Below, piece after piece: positions 48,594-61,334 of a stretch of DNA of 64,000 nt. Origin of the DNA: an uncultured Hormoscilla sp. GTDB taxonomy: Bacteria; Cyanobacteriota; Cyanobacteriia; Cyanobacteriales; Desertifilaceae. Position numbers and translations under genes: made by a program. The notes beneath the pieces are model-generated. The model did not search any database, was not told the origin of the DNA, and worked only from the letters and a program-made list of their open reading frames with translations. Where the stretch lies: contig OZ001293.3 in NCBI GenBank assembly GCA_963921275.4, positions 3,040,001 to 3,104,000 of the forward strand, given 5' to 3'. Numbering within the stretch: position 1 is the stretch's first letter; each line of letters starts with the position of its first letter.

Positions 48594-51255
48594 ATGTCAC
48601 GGAACTTAGTCGAAAGACAAGAGTATGAATGGAAGACTGTCGCCTGGCGAAAGCTGGAAAGGATAGTTTTTAAGCTGCAAAAGCGAATTTACAGAGCGGC
48701 ACTGGAAGGTAATAAGCAGAAGGTTCGTAAGCTCCAAGGATTACTAAATAGGTCATGGTCCGCGAAGATGATAGCGGTACGGCAGGTAACACAACAAAAC
48801 CAGGGAAAGAAGACGGCTGGTGTGGATGGTGTGAAAGCACTGACCCCAAAAGAACGTATCGAACTGGTAGGTCAAATTAAAGTTACTCGAAAGGCGAAGG
48901 CAAAAGCCACACGAAGAGTGTGGATACCGAAGCCACGAAGGGAGGAGAAGCGGCCATTAGGAATACCAACGATGCACGACCGCGCACTTCAGGGATTGGT
49001 TAAAGAAGCGCTAGAGCCTGAATGGGAAGCGTATATGGAAGCCAATTCCTACGGGTTTAGACCAGGTAGGGGATGTCATGATGCAGTTGCAGCGATATTC
49101 GCTAGCATCAGTCAAAAATCGAAATGGGTGTTAGATGCGGATATTGCGAAGTGTTTCGACGAAATTGACCATTCCGCGCTCCTAAAGAAATTGAATACTA
49201 CGTCACCAATCCGTAAACAAATACGGGCATGGCTAAAAGCTGGGGTGATGGACCGGGGAAGGATGGAATCCACAGAAGCCGGAACTCCCCAAGGTGGGGT
49301 TATATCTCCATTACTAGCCAATATAGCTTTACATGGGCTGGAAGGGGTAGTAATGGGTCTCGCTCACACAAAAAGAGAGAAGGAGAAGTTAACCGTAGTA
49401 AGATATGCGGATGACTTTGTGGTAATACATAATGACCGGTCGATGATTGAGGAAGCTCAAGGAGTGATTGAGGAGTGGTTGAAGGGAATAGGGCTGGAGC
49501 AAAAAGCCGAGAAAACGAAGATATCCCACACATTGGAAGGAGAGAGCCCTGGATTTGACTTCTTAGGGTTCAATATCCGACAATATAAAGTAGGGAAACA
49601 CAGAAGCGGCAAACTCTGTAACGGAACCCCCCTAGGATTCAAGACCCTAATCAAGCCTAGCGATAAATCCATAAGGAATCATAAAGAGCAGCTATCAGAG
49701 ATAGTTCGCCGCCATAAAGGGGCACCGCAAACGGCCTTAATAGCAAGACTAAACCCGATGATAAGGGGATGGAGCAACTATTATAGGACGGTGGTAAGTA
49801 AAGAAACTTACAGCTCTATGGATAACTACTTATGGAAGTTGTTATGGCGATGGGCAAAGAGAAGACATCCTAACAAAACGGGCAAATGAATTGCTAGTAA
49901 GTACTGGGGTATGACCGGGAAAGACCGGTGGAGGTTCGCTGGCAAGTCTAAAGAAGATGGAGGAATGAAGCTAAACCGATACTCTGAAACTGAAATAATC
50001 GGATGGGGTCGAGCCGAAAATCGCTTCCCGACCCTCCCTTGAGGAACCGGACTTGCGATTTTCACCGCATCCGGCTACTGGGTACTAGGCCCTTTTCATA
50101 GGTAGACTTAATAGGAATTACTTCCGTTAGCCCTTGCCGCCTGTCTTTTCTTCCCTTTCCTGGTTTAGCGAGTGGTTGTTCTGATAACCGTTAGTATCAC
50201 CATTTTCAAGTCAGTTTTACCAGTTATCCATACCTTATCCTCCACTTGCGTTTCGGATTAGTTCCGTGGCTTTTTAGGATTACTCATTCCAGCAGCTTCC
50301 TAGTATCACCGACCCACGTCAGCGCTGGCTACCCAGCATCATCTACATTACTGTAGATGTTATCCCAGGAATTACCCCGGGCATTCGCTTCTTGGGCCAT
50401 CCCTCCCCCCGTGGCTTGCGCTTAACATCTAACTTGTCCTGATGGACAGCACACGAGAGGTTACTTCGTTCCCTAACAACATTTCGCGATACCTTTAGGT
50501 CCACACTATACCCCGGGAGCTATTTGAGTACTATATTAGCCAGAGTCTAAAACTAATACTAGCTACCATTTCCTTTTTAGGCCAGCGCATATAGCCTTAT
50601 TTCGCTGGTTCTTTATAACGAGGCTTGCACATGTTTGCCTGCTCTAACCTTGGATATCTTTCCTAGCGGCGTCACCGGCTTAGGCTGCCAGTTATCCTAC
50701 ATTTGAGTCCTCGCTTAGCACCACGATGATGTCGCTTCGTAGCACCGAGGACCGGTGTCACCCCCGTACCTGGGGGGAGGGGAATTTAACCCCCATGCGG
50801 TCAGAGTTCCCGGCTAATGAAACCGGGCTAGCGTTCCGTGTTTGACCACGTTAGGCTAGAACGAATCGCACAGACACGTAAAGGTTAAGGGGACAGCTAG
50901 CCCGTTTGACGGTAATCTGGTTTATTGGAGCAAAAGACTGAGAAAAAGCCCGGATGTGAGCGCTAGAGTTATCAGACTGCTAAAAGAGCAGGATGGTAAG
51001 TGTGTGCACTGCGGACTGAAATTCAAAGATGGCGACAAATGGGAGGTTGACCATATTCTACCAGTTTCTAAAGGAGGTAAAGACTGGTATACCAACCTAC
51101 AGTTGCTGCATGATTATTGCCATGATGTAAAGTCTGCCAGAGATGGTGACAAAGGCCGTATCCATGACAAGGATGGCGAAACTGAGGAGCCGGATGAGGT
51201 GAAAGTCTCACGTCCGGTTCTGAAGACGAGTCGGCGGGGTGACCCGTTGGCTTAG
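48594..51255 (+). pseudogene. ltrA: Group II intron reverse transcriptase/maturase/HNH, inactivated by TGA at 49887 and antisense intron B
   Basis: RPLGIPT, GTPQGGVISPLLANI, RYADDF, GFDFLGF, RGWSNYY; resumes RHVKVKG...CVHCG...EVDHILP...HDYCH. Confidence 0.92.
49998..50871 (-). mobile_element. ORF-less group II intron B, near-identical to A, antisense within the RT gene
   Basis: Reverse complement of 40205-41078 with only a few substitutions seen; IBS1 GTGTCT vs EBS1 AGACTC. Confidence 0.93.
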
Positions 51256-52351
51256 TTTAATAGAAGCTTTCACATGAGTATTAAGATGATCTTGAACGAC
51301 GAGAATTTTCCGCGCTTGAGGAAAACATTCATCAACCAAATACTTCATCTGGTGAGCATAGTCGTAAGAAGTCCGTTGGTCAGGGGTTCTCGTTTCTGAA
51401 ATTAACTGTTTGGAACATTCATCAAAACAAACCAAAGGGTAATCTGAATCATAAGCACGGGTGTACAGGTCTAAAACTTCTTCCATCTGACAGACAAATT
51501 CAGCACTTTCTTGAGGTGGAATTATCCAACATTCCTGAAACCAAGGTTTAATTTCGTTTTTTTTAATACCTGTCGTACCGTTTCATGGGAAAGGCTTTCT
51601 ACATATCCTAAAGCTACCATTTGATCGGCGAGGAGTCGTAAAGTCCAACGACTATACCCAGTCGGTGCTTGGCTGCAAGCTAATGCAATTAAATGAGCTT
51701 CGACTTCTCCATCGATACGCCGTAACTGAGATGAGAGGTGGGGACGGGTGGGTTATTGCTTTTTCTAAACCCTCTTCTACAAACCTTTGTCGAACTCTTT
51801 CAATCGTTCTGGTACTAATGTTCAAAGCTTGGCTAATTTCATTATCTGTCCACCCTCCATCGGTTTGATTAATATCGGCTTTAAGTAAGATGCGAGCATA
51901 ATTAATTTTCCTCGCCGCAGCTTTTCCTGTTGTAGTTAGCTTTTCTAGACTTTGGCGTTCTTCTTCTGTTAGGGAAACTATATATCGTTTGGCTGGCATG
52001 GTTTCTCACTCTTTGTTCTCTTCTCTTCTATTATCTGTCATTATTACTTGATAGACTAATAGCAATCGACAATATTTTTTGCAGACAACCCTTCTTTTTT
52101 TTCAATGCTGACCTGATGTACTATATTATTAAAAGGGAAAGGAGTAATTAGAGGATTGAAATTTATGAGGGGGCAAACCCCCTATTGTTGACAAAAACCG
52201 GGGTGATGGATTGAGGTAATTTTCAGATTAAACTCCAATTGAGAATTCAGGTGTCGGTAATACCCATAGCAGAAATCGTAAAGGTTGATCGCCCCCCGGC
52301 TCTGTGCCTAGAATAAACTTAAATAGACTAAGATGTTAGGAGTATTAAGCG

Positions 52352-54973
52352 ATGCAACCGAGTAATCCCAATCAGTTTACGGAAAAAGCCTGGGAGGCGA
52401 TCGCCCGCCTGCCGGACATTGCTAAGGCCAATGGCCAGCAACAGCTAGAAAGCGAACACCTGATGAAGTCCCTGCTGGAACAACCAGGACTGGCTACTAG
52501 CATTTTATCGAAGGCGGAGGTGAACGTGCAACATGTGCGCGATCGCACGGAATATTTCATTAAACGTCAACCGAAAGTATCGAACCCTGGTTCTGTCTAT
52601 CTGGGACGTTCTTTGGATATTCTCCTGGACGCTGCGGAAGCTTACCGCAAAGATTATGGCGACGAGTATATCTCCATCGAGCATCTGGTGCTAGCTTTCA
52701 TTAAGGACGATCGGTTTGGCAAAGAGTTATTGGGCTCATTTAAGCTAGATGAAGCTAAGCTGAAGCAGATTATCTCCCAAATCAGAGGCAACCAGAAAGT
52801 GACTGACCAAAACCCCGAAGGTAAGTACGAAGCGCTGGAAAAATATGGACGGGACTTGACAGAGGCAGCCCGCCAAGGTAAACTAGACCCAGTAATTGGT
52901 AGAGATGATGAGATTCGCCGCACGATCCAAATCCTCTCTCGCCGCACTAAGAATAATCCCGTACTCATCGGGGAACCGGGTGTCGGCAAAACCGCGATCG
53001 CCGAAGGACTGGCCCAACGGATTGTCGCCGGGGACGTACCCCAATCCCTCAAGGACCGCCGCCTGATCGCCCTGGATCTAGGGGCCTTAATTGCAGGGGC
53101 TAAATATCGGGGCGAATTTGAAGAACGCTTGAAAGCCGTTCTGAAGGAAGTTACTGATTCTCAAGGTAACATTATCATGTTTGTCGATGAAATTCACACC
53201 GTTGTTGGTGCCGGGGCGACCCTTGGGGCGATGGATGCGGGCAACTTGCTCAAACCCATGTTATCACGCGGTGAGTTGCGCTGTATTGGTGCCACCACCC
53301 TGGATGAATATCGCAAGTATGTCGAAAAAGATGCTGCCCTGGAACGACGCTTCCAACAAGTTTATGTGGATCAACCCACTGTCGAAGATACCGTTTCTAT
53401 TCTGCGGGGACTTAAGGAACGCTATGAAGTTCACCACGGAGTGAAAATCTCTGATAGTGCCCTGGTAGCAGCGGCGACTCTCTCTACCAGGTATATTAGC
53501 GATCGCTTCCTTCCCGATAAAGCGATCGACCTGATGGACGAGGCGGCGGCCCGGTTAAAGATGGAGATTACCTCTAAACCCGAAGAACTGGACGAAATTG
53601 ACCGGAAAATCCTCCAGTTGGAAATGGAACGCCTGTCCTTGCAAAAGGAATATGATGCTGCGTCCCAGGAACGATTGGAAAAATTGGAACTAGAGTTGAC
53701 GAACCTGAAGGAATCACAACGGGCCCTGAATGCTCAGTGGCAATCGGAAAAAGGTATTATCGACCAAATTCAGGGCATTAAGGAACAGATCGATCGGGTT
53801 AACATTGAAATTCAGCAGGCGGAACGTAACTACGACCTGAACCGCGCTGCGGAGTTGAAGTACGGTAAGTTAAATGAGTTGCAGCAGCAACTGAAGCAAA
53901 CGGAAACTCGTCTAGAGGAAACCCAAACAAGTGGAATTTCTCTGTTGCGGGAGGAAGTGACGGAAGCAGATATTGCCGAAATTATTTCCAAGTGGACGGG
54001 TATTCCCATTAGTAAGTTGGTGGAGTCGGAAATGCAAAAACTCCTCCACCTGGAAGAGGAACTGCATCAGCGAGTCGTCGGACAGGATGAGGCAGTGACA
54101 GCAGTGGCCGATGCCATTCAGCGATCGCGTGCGGGGTTAGCGGACCCGAACCGTCCCGTTGCCAGTTTTATCTTCCTCGGTCCCACGGGTGTCGGGAAGA
54201 CAGAGTTGGCAAAAGCACTTGCTGCTTACCTGTTCGACACGGAAGAAGCGTTAGTGCGAATTGACATGTCCGAGTACATGGAGAAACATACTGTTTCGCG
54301 GTTAATTGGTGCGCCTCCGGGATATGTTGGGTATGATGAAGGGGGACAGCTGACTGAGTCGATTCGCCGGCTTCCTTATGCGGTCATCTTGTTCGATGAA
54401 ATTGAAAAAGCTCATCCCGATGTCTTCAATATTATGCTGCAAATTCTCGATGACGGTCGCGTCACAGATGCCCAAGGTCATACCGTTGACTTTAAGAATG
54501 CGATCGTCATCATGACTAGCAACATCGGTTCCCAGTATATCCTGGATGTGGCAGGAGATGATAGCCAGTATGAAGAGATGCAAAAGCGGGTGATGGAAGC
54601 GATGCGATCGAGTTTCCGTCCCGAGTTCCTCAACCGCATTGATGAAGTGATCATCTTCCACTCCCTCAAGAAAGCACAATTGCGCGCGATCGTCAAGTTG
54701 CAAGTGCAGCGTTTAGAACAGCGGTTAGCAGAACGGAAGATGTCTCTCAAACTGGCCGAAGCTGCCCTTGACTTTTTAGCAGAAGTAGGTTATGACCCAG
54801 TCTATGGGGCGCGGCCCTTGAAGCGAGCAATTCAGCGGGAGTTAGAAACCCAAATTGCGAAAGCGATCCTGCGCGGCGAGTTTAAGAACGGAGACACTAT
54901 CTTTGTGGATGTAGAAAACGAACGTCTTTCCTTTAAGTGCTTGCCCGTGGGGTTACTAACTAAAGTAAATTAA
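52352..54973 (+). CDS. clpB: ATP-dependent chaperone ClpB
   Basis: [30 protein letters not shown], coiled-coil M domain. Confidence 0.98.
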   Translation: MQPSNPNQFTEKAWEAIARLPDIAKANGQQQLESEHLMKSLLEQPGLATSILSKAEVNVQHVRDRTEYFIKRQPKVSNPGSVYLGRSLDILLDAAEAYRKDYGDEYISIEHLVLAFIKDDRFGKELLGSFKLDEAKLKQIISQIRGNQKVTDQNPEGKYEALEKYGRDLTEAARQGKLDPVIGRDDEIRRTIQILSRRTKNNPVLIGEPGVGKTAIAEGLAQRIVAGDVPQSLKDRRLIALDLGALIAGAKYRGEFEERLKAVLKEVTDSQGNIIMFVDEIHTVVGAGATLGAMDAGNLLKPMLSRGELRCIGATTLDEYRKYVEKDAALERRFQQVYVDQPTVEDTVSILRGLKERYEVHHGVKISDSALVAAATLSTRYISDRFLPDKAIDLMDEAAARLKMEITSKPEELDEIDRKILQLEMERLSLQKEYDAASQERLEKLELELTNLKESQRALNAQWQSEKGIIDQIQGIKEQIDRVNIEIQQAERNYDLNRAAELKYGKLNELQQQLKQTETRLEETQTSGISLLREEVTEADIAEIISKWTGIPISKLVESEMQKLLHLEEELHQRVVGQDEAVTAVADAIQRSRAGLADPNRPVASFIFLGPTGVGKTELAKALAAYLFDTEEALVRIDMSEYMEKHTVSRLIGAPPGYVGYDEGGQLTESIRRLPYAVILFDEIEKAHPDVFNIMLQILDDGRVTDAQGHTVDFKNAIVIMTSNIGSQYILDVAGDDSQYEEMQKRVMEAMRSSFRPEFLNRIDEVIIFHSLKKAQLRAIVKLQVQRLEQRLAERKMSLKLAEAALDFLAEVGYDPVYGARPLKRAIQRELETQIAKAILRGEFKNGDTIFVDVENERLSFKCLPVGLLTKVN

Positions 54974-55289
54974 TCCCTGCGTGGGCGGTGCCCACCGGGT
55001 GCGGTCAAAAGTAGTTGTAGTAGAAAAGCTGAAACTCTTGGCGTGACAAGGTTTCAGACAGGTCAGCTTCTAACCGTAAGCGCTCCATCGCCGCAGCGGA
55101 CAAAACGCTCGTGGCGTTGTTCGATGTGCTCTGCTGCTGTGTCTCCTGGGAGCTTGATTTCTCCCGGGAGCGCTAGGCGCACAAAAGGGAAGACATCATA
55201 GTCGCACAAAAGGGGAGACACAGCTCGCTACATGCGCTGCGCGCACACGGCTACGTCTGCGCGATCGCACTGCGCATCGCACATCCGCT

Positions 55290-55472
55290 GTTTCATTCTC
55301 GATCGCTGTGGTCAGACGCAGTAGGCGGTCTGTATTATTGATGGCAATTTCCAGCAGCCGCATATCTTGTGGAGGTAGGGAGCCTAGCTTGCCACTGAGC
55401 AAAAGACCCAAGGCTGCGCGAATTGAGGTCAGAGGTGTGCGCAGTTCGTGACTGACTAGTGAGGTTAATTCA
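55290..55472 (-). pseudogene. Histidine kinase HisKA fragment
   Basis: LVSHELRTPLTSIRAALGLLLSGKLG...NNTDRLLRL, flanked by palindromic repeats. Confidence 0.65.
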
Positions 55473-56002
55473 TCTTGCGATGTCTCCGGAGTAGTGCGAG
55501 TAGCGCAAGGCGTGGAGACATCCCCTCGGATAAGGGCGATAAATCCAATTGGTGCTTTTGGCAGGTGTCAATTTTTTTGGCCACGCCGATACTTGTCATA
55601 TTTGCTAATTTCCTATATTACCTGGACCCAGATCGGGCTGTTTTTGATCGTTACAAAAAGAATGTGAAAAACGAACAAGGCTATCCAATCATCAAAGCAG
55701 CTGCTGTCACCAGGTGAGTTATACTCCCACCAGGCGATCGGGCAATACTGGGCATCAATGCCTCTCCGGTAGTGCGAATACGATGTCTTCTGGGTAGTGC
55801 GATTAGCGCTCCCAGAAGACATCGAACTCCCGAGAGGCATCGAATACTCCAGTCCCACCGGTCAGATATTATCGGATCCAGAGCATTTTCTATTTTGCCC
55901 GCAGGATCTGCGAAGATTGTATCATATATTATTACGCATGTCAAGCGATACTTATGCCCGATATCCGCCGATTATCAATTGACAATTTTCAATTAACAAT
56001 TT

Positions 56003-56467
56003 TTAATTTGATTGCCAGTCAGGGCAATTTTCAGAATCCCAACCGTAGGGATGCATGGCGCAGATGAACATATTACCCCCGTAAACTTGACCGTGGTAAT
56101 GACGACAACCTACGCAGGCTGGATGGCTGTTCTGGATCGGGTCTCCCGTGTCGCCTTCGGGGTAGTATGGTTCTTCGATGTCTCCGGAGTAGTGCGAGTA
56201 GCGCTCTTCGGAGACATCGAAGGGCAGTTCGCCATCATATTCTATATAAAGAACCACGATTGGCTCGAATATATCGTTTAAAAATTCTTCAAACTCGTTC
56301 AACTCACTGGAGAATGCTGACTGGAGTTCTTCAGATATTTCTTCAGAAATCTCGGCTAACGCATCGACAAACTCTGTGACTTCTTCAGTTACTTCACTAA
56401 AAAACTTTTCTACCTCGCTAGTCACCACTTCTAGAAGCCAAAAAAAATCTTTTTGCCAATCTTCCAT
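56003..56467 (-). CDS. Conserved cyanobacterial hypothetical protein with C-terminal Cys motif
   Basis: ACVGCRHYHGQVYGGNMFICAMHPYGW; in-frame palindrome insertion. Confidence 0.75.
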   Translation of the reverse strand: MEDWQKDFFWLLEVVTSEVEKFFSEVTEEVTEFVDALAEISEEISEELQSAFSSELNEFEEFLNDIFEPIVVLYIEYDGELPFDVSEERYSHYSGDIEEPYYPEGDTGDPIQNSHPACVGCRHYHGQVYGGNMFICAMHPYGWDSENCPDWQSN

Positions 56468-56517
56468 AAGTTATCAGTTGTCTGTTGTCAATTGTCAATT
56501 TTTAATTTTGACTGACT

Positions 56518-56886
56518 CTAGTCCTGCTGAAGACGGCGGAGTTCTTCTTGCAGTTCTGTTACTTGATTGCGTAAGTCGTTCACATTTTCATCATCCTCTT
56601 GGGGAGAATCTTCATCTGAGATCTCAATCAAGCGAGGTTCCGATGGAATTTTTTTCTTGGGTGACTTTGGCGGCGGTACCTGTTGCTGCGCCGAAGCTAG
56701 CATCTCGTCAACTAGCTTACGGGCTTCTTCTGCAGTGATTTCACCCCGTTTTACCATTTCATCAGTAAGTTTTTGGGCTTGCTGTCGCAGTTCGCCTATG
56801 GTGCCACTTGCTTTCTCTCCCGCATAGGAAACTAGCCCCACTCCCAGGTAAAAAGCTTTTTTTACACTATCTCTTAAACCAGGCAT
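56518..56886 (-). CDS. Phasin-family protein
   Basis: KAFYLGVGL...LTDEMVKRGEITAEEARKLVDEM; RBS AAAGGA. Confidence 0.75.
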   Translation of the reverse strand: MPGLRDSVKKAFYLGVGLVSYAGEKASGTIGELRQQAQKLTDEMVKRGEITAEEARKLVDEMLASAQQQVPPPKSPKKKIPSEPRLIEISDEDSPQEDDENVNDLRNQVTELQEELRRLQQD

Positions 56887-56907
56887 ACCGACCGTCGTTC
56901 CTTTCAA

Positions 56908-57011
56908 GAGGTGACCCGGAGTCCACGCCTGCTACAAGCATCCCGTATTGCTGCCACCTTCCGGTCCTGACAAGGTTTGGGTGTTGTCACCGCATGAGTC
57001 CAGGTCTTCTC
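56908..57011 (-). ncRNA. ffs: Signal recognition particle (4.5S) RNA, copy 1
   Basis: Minus strand TGTCAGGACCGGAAGGTGGCAGCA in a long hairpin; extended -10 TGTTATGGT upstream. Confidence 0.9.
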
Positions 57012-57312
57012 TACCATAACATGGGAATGCCTTTGTTGTGCAACTTTTCCGAAAAATTTGTTGCACATTCTCACCGATGATGGTGGATAATTGTGCAACG
57101 GCAAATTTGTTTATGGGGATTTCTTTATTGGTGACTGGTGCTTCGTCTAAATTCTGCCGGTGCGTTCGACGCGGAAGTTTGATAATCTTTTCGACAACGG
57201 GCCGCTTGGCTTTCAGGCAGAAGCAGCACAAGGGCTGTTGTAATGGAGTCCCGTTCTGGGGTGACTTCGGATCTATCTGTTGCTGGACCGAAGAGCCCAT
57301 CGCGTCTAATGG

Positions 57313-57414
57313 GGAGACCTGAATTCCACGCCTGCTACAAGCATCCCGTATTGCTGCTACTTCCGTCCTGACAAGGTTTTGGCGTTGTAACCGCATGGGT
57401 TCTCCAGGTCTTCT
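57313..57414 (-). ncRNA. ffs: SRP RNA, diverged copy 2
   Basis: Minus strand TGTCAGGACGGAAGTAGCAGCAATACGGGATGCTTGTAGCAGGCGTGG; extended -10 TGTTATAGT. Confidence 0.8.
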
Positions 57415-57516
57415 CCACTATAACATTAGACTGCCTTTGTCGTGCAACTTTTCTGAAAAATTTGTTTGTGGGGATTTTTGTTTGGGTGCTGGCGAGCTAT
57501 TTTTCATATGCCGGTG

Positions 57517-58065
57517 CTAACTAGCAGGACGTTGGATAATCTTTTCGACAACGGGCCGCTTAGCTTTGGGGTCGATGCCAATTATGCGCACGTATTCGCC
57601 GCTGTGTTCGGACAAGATAGCTGAGACTGTTTTGATCGCGTCGGACTGTGCAGAGGCAGTAATTGATTGGGCGCTTTTCCAGGAACTGGTGCGGAAACGG
57701 CGTCGATCTGCGTATTCTATCCCAATGTGATAACCAGTGCTGAGTAGCTGTTGCAGCTGTTCGACTACTTCTGGACTGAGTTGTTTACTCTGTAACAATC
57801 CATTACTGCTGCTAACTTGATGGGTTGCCTCCGGTTGTGGTACTGGCGGGGGATTCCCTGGCGCCATATCTGGGCGATCACCCAAGTACAAGTTTTGGTT
57901 ATACTCTCGCGATCGCCCCATGGTCTCTACCCGCTGCTGTTCGCTGGTCATCTGCTGGCCAAACTCCATTAATCTTTGGAGGCTGAAATCGGGCTTTTGA
58001 AATTCTGGCGGTTTGTCGGCACTGTTGACAACGCGGGATCCAACTCTCTCTATGCCTACATTATG
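57517..58065 (-). pseudogene. rca: 3' part of Rubisco activase-like gene (AAA+ tail + RbcS-like domain)
   Basis: HNVGIERVGSRVVNS...PPEFQKPDFSLQRLMEFG...EQQRV, then GYHIGIEYADRRRFRTSSW...GEYVRIIGIDPKAKRPV; 5' part cut off by an intron end and IS4. Confidence 0.75.
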
Positions 58066-58229
58066 ATTAAACTAAGCCAGGGAGTCACCTCCCCGACTCG
58101 TCTTCAGAACCGGACGTGAGACTTTCGCCTCATCCGGCTCCTCAGTAATGCCATCCTTGTCACGGATACGGCTACTACCATCGCTGGCAGTCTTTATATC
58201 ATGGCAGTGTTTGTGCAACAGTTGTAAGT
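58066..58229 (-). mobile_element. 3' fragment (HNH tail, D5, D6) of a group II intron related to E
   Basis: Minus strand LQLLHKHCHDIK...GAGCCGGATGAGGCGAAAGTCTCACGTCCGGTTC...GGCTTAGTTTAAT. Confidence 0.88.
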
Positions 58230-58689
58230 CTGGCTGCCTGACACATCTGCATGAAAACTAGGCGCATCAGGTTTTACACTGTATTGAGCGGATACGCGAA
58301 AACCATATTTGGTCGTAGTAATCATACTTGGCTTTGAAGGAAGCAAAACATGGTTGTGGATCTCTAGGCAACAATGGTACTGGCATTAAAAGTAGCCGAC
58401 CTTTATTGACTACTCTTTTGAGCCAGCGCCAACCAATTTTGAGATAACTGAGACCTCGTTGCCAATGGGGATCTACCTGCTGGCGTAAGCCTTCAAGTTG
58501 AACAGCCATGCCCTGGGTAGTGGCGTAAAGCAGGGCAATGGCAGCAACTAAGTAAAGCCGCTCAAGCGCTTGAACTGAGCGGATGCGGGAGTCTTCCAGT
58601 TCAAAGGCCCCCGACTTGCTATCCAAAAATAGTTCCTCTACCCGAAAGCGCAAACCATATTGCCACAGAGTTTGTAAACTGGGGGACTT
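58230..58689 (-). mobile_element. Partial second copy of the IS4-family element
   Basis: Near-identical reverse complement of ~35684-36142 including the TIR. Confidence 0.92.
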
Positions 58690-59215
58690 CCGGACAGTTT
58701 TTAGACCCTAAAACGACCACAACACAAGGGTTGCAGCCCTTCGCGCCTTATTTTTTTCAATGTCTGCCCCAGGGCTAACTTGCCTAAAATTGCTCTATCG
58801 AGCAAAGGCTGACGCTGCAAGGCTTGCAGCTACGTACAGCCAAAACGGTCCGGACTATTGCCAAATCGGCACAACGACGGGATGATAAGGGTTGTTAATT
58901 GTTAATTGTCAATGGTCAATTGAAATAGTCATAAATAGCCATAGATGGATGTCTGAACGTTTTTCAATTTTCAATTTTCAATTTTCAACCCTTGACTGCT
59001 ATCATCCCAAAAATGTGCAACGCCGCCAAATCTAATCCGCACCGATGGATAGTCTCAAGAGGATTCTCGCCTCACTGCTGTTTCCAGCAGGCCATTTCTA
59101 CAAACCCCCTTGCCAGTTTCTTGACCATTGATAGCCACCATTTTCGTGGTTTGCGGCCAAGTCAACTACACAAACCTGAGTCGGTACAGCCACTTGTCAG
59201 AGGGTACCCATCGCC

Positions 59216-59335
59216 GATGTCTCCTGTGTGCCGTATGTCCCCTGGGACAAGAGCAAGGAGCAGAGATATAGAGATGTCTCCTGTGTGCCGTATGTCCCCT
59301 GGGACAAGAGCAAGGAGTAGAAATATCGAGATGTT
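59216..59335. repeat. 57-bp tandem repeat (2 copies), plus an expanded copy at ~59698-59797
   Basis: GATGTCTCCTGTGTGCCGTATGTCCCCTGGGACAAGAGCAAGGAG(C/T)AGA(G/A)ATAT. Confidence 0.85.
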
Positions 59336-60126
59336 TCCGAGAGCATCTCAATGCAAGCATTTTGGCATTAAATACTGCTAATTGTGAAGAGCTAATTGCG
59401 TATATACGCCGTGCGCGCAGCGCTATGGAAAATGGAAAATAGCCCAATTCTCAATTCTTAATTAACAATTGCTCAATTTTCGATTCTCAAGAAGCCAAAC
59501 AGGGGATGCACCCGCGGAGGCATGCGCCTCCAGCACAGAGGTGCAAAGGCAATCTCCCCAGACTTGGATCTGGGGCATTTGGCCTACAGGAGCGAACTAT
59601 TTCCCGACTGGGGTGCGCGGCAGTGGTCACGCCCTGGCTTCTACACCAAGTATAAGTGGGTTGAAGGGTTCGATGTCCCCATGTCAATGCTAGTCTCGAT
59701 GTCTCCTGTGTGCCGTTCGCGTATCGCGTAGCGTGGCGCAGCCATGCGTGGCGCAGCCATGTCACCACCGGACAAGAGCAAGGAGCAGAGATATCGAAAC
59801 GGCCAGTCATCTTGCCAAAACAGCTTGACAACAGTCCCAACCAGCAACCACGGAGTTGAGTTTCTCCATTGCCGACTCTAAACGCGCGATTGGGAGCATA
59901 TGCATGAACTTATTTATTTCCTTGTTTGACCTGGAGCCAACGAGGATTAAATCTCACCGGAACTAGCAGAACCTGCTTGCCTACGGGGCCATAGCCTCCT
60001 AATTTTGTCCGGAGTATTGATATAATATTGCTTAATTTTTCAGTATAAATACTTAAAAAAAGAAAAAAAATCTGCCCCAAAACCAGAAAATTGAGTTAAA
60101 GTAGGAAGAGAAGAAAGTTCAGATAA

Positions 60127-61334
60127 TTGTATATGGAAATTACAAATCTAGATCATCTGGGATTAGTGGCAGGGATAATCGATGAAATAGGAATAGAATC
60201 GATAATTAACCGGCGCTTGGGAGAACACTCATCGGAGAAAATTAGCTCTGGGAAAGTAGTCAAAGCAATGATAATCAATGCTCTCGGATTGGTATCATCA
60301 CCTTTATACTTATTTTATAATTTTTTTGAAGGAAAATTCATCGAACACTGGAAAAAGAGTTAAGCCAGAGGATTTAAATGATGATAAATTAGGTTTCTGA
60401 TAAATTATATGATAGCGGGACTGGAGAAATTTTAGTAGTTTGATCGGCTGTGAAAAAATATCAAATAAAAACAGAAACATATCATTTGGATGCAAGTTCA
60501 TGTTCATGGAGAGTACAAATATTCAGAAAATGAAGTTGGAGAACCTAGAGCAATAAAGATAACTCATGGATCCTCGAGAGACTATCGACCTGATTTGAAA
60601 CAATTTACAATGGAGTTAATTTGTTCGGGTGATGGCGATATTCCATTGCTATGTCCCTTGACAGGCTTTGGAAACAATGCTGTATACATATAAAAATAAA
60701 CAACAGTCAGTATAACGATGTTTTGCTTTTCTGAAAGACCCAATGTTTTTGGCAGATAGCGTATTTTTTAAATCCCCAAAGCGGATAGAAGCTTTAGGCT
60801 TAATTATGGCCTTATCTTTGTTAGTGTATAAGGTAGCAGAGAGGCAAATAAGAAAGACTCCGGACAGGTTCAGGAATAAAAAATCAGTTAGGTCACCTGA
60901 CTTCTCGACTAACGTTGGATATTTCAATGTTTTCAATCCATACATATCCGCGCTGCGTTAAACAAATTTCAAATATTAATGAGTCGCGTTTACACATTTT
61001 GAAATTCTTTCCTCCAGCATGTCAGCGGTACTATTTACTGATTTAAACCTTGTTAAAAAACGCTACAGAAAAAGTATTGCTTGGGAGAATTGTACCTCTG
61101 AGTAGCTTGATGGTGAGCAATTTTAAGTAAATTTTAGTAATTTTATATCAAGTAGAGGTTGATAGTTGAAGGTAATTATAAATTTTGAGGTTAAATAAGA
61201 GAATCAGGAGTCATATTTGTCTAGATTTAATATGATAGAAGGGTTGATAATGCCCAATGTTCAATATGTCATACATTTGGATTACAAAAATAACTTGTAA
61301 TCATTGCGTAATACATTGTCGTGCGGAATGTAGG
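60127..61334 (+). mobile_element. IS1634-family remnant
   Basis: NLDHLGLVAGIID, HGSSRDYRPDLKQF, FLKDP.FLADSVFFKSPKRIEAL; large deletion; end GTGCGGAATGTAGG. Confidence 0.8.

Noticed and set aside
49887..49889. Selenocysteine or programmed readthrough at the TGA in the RT
   Set aside because: The position corresponds to a usual Trp (TGG to TGA), and the ORF is also broken by antisense intron B
56932..57396. 154-aa ORF and other ORFs over 56.9-57.4 kb
   Set aside because: They run through the SRP RNA copies and a duplicated rca tail; likely spurious
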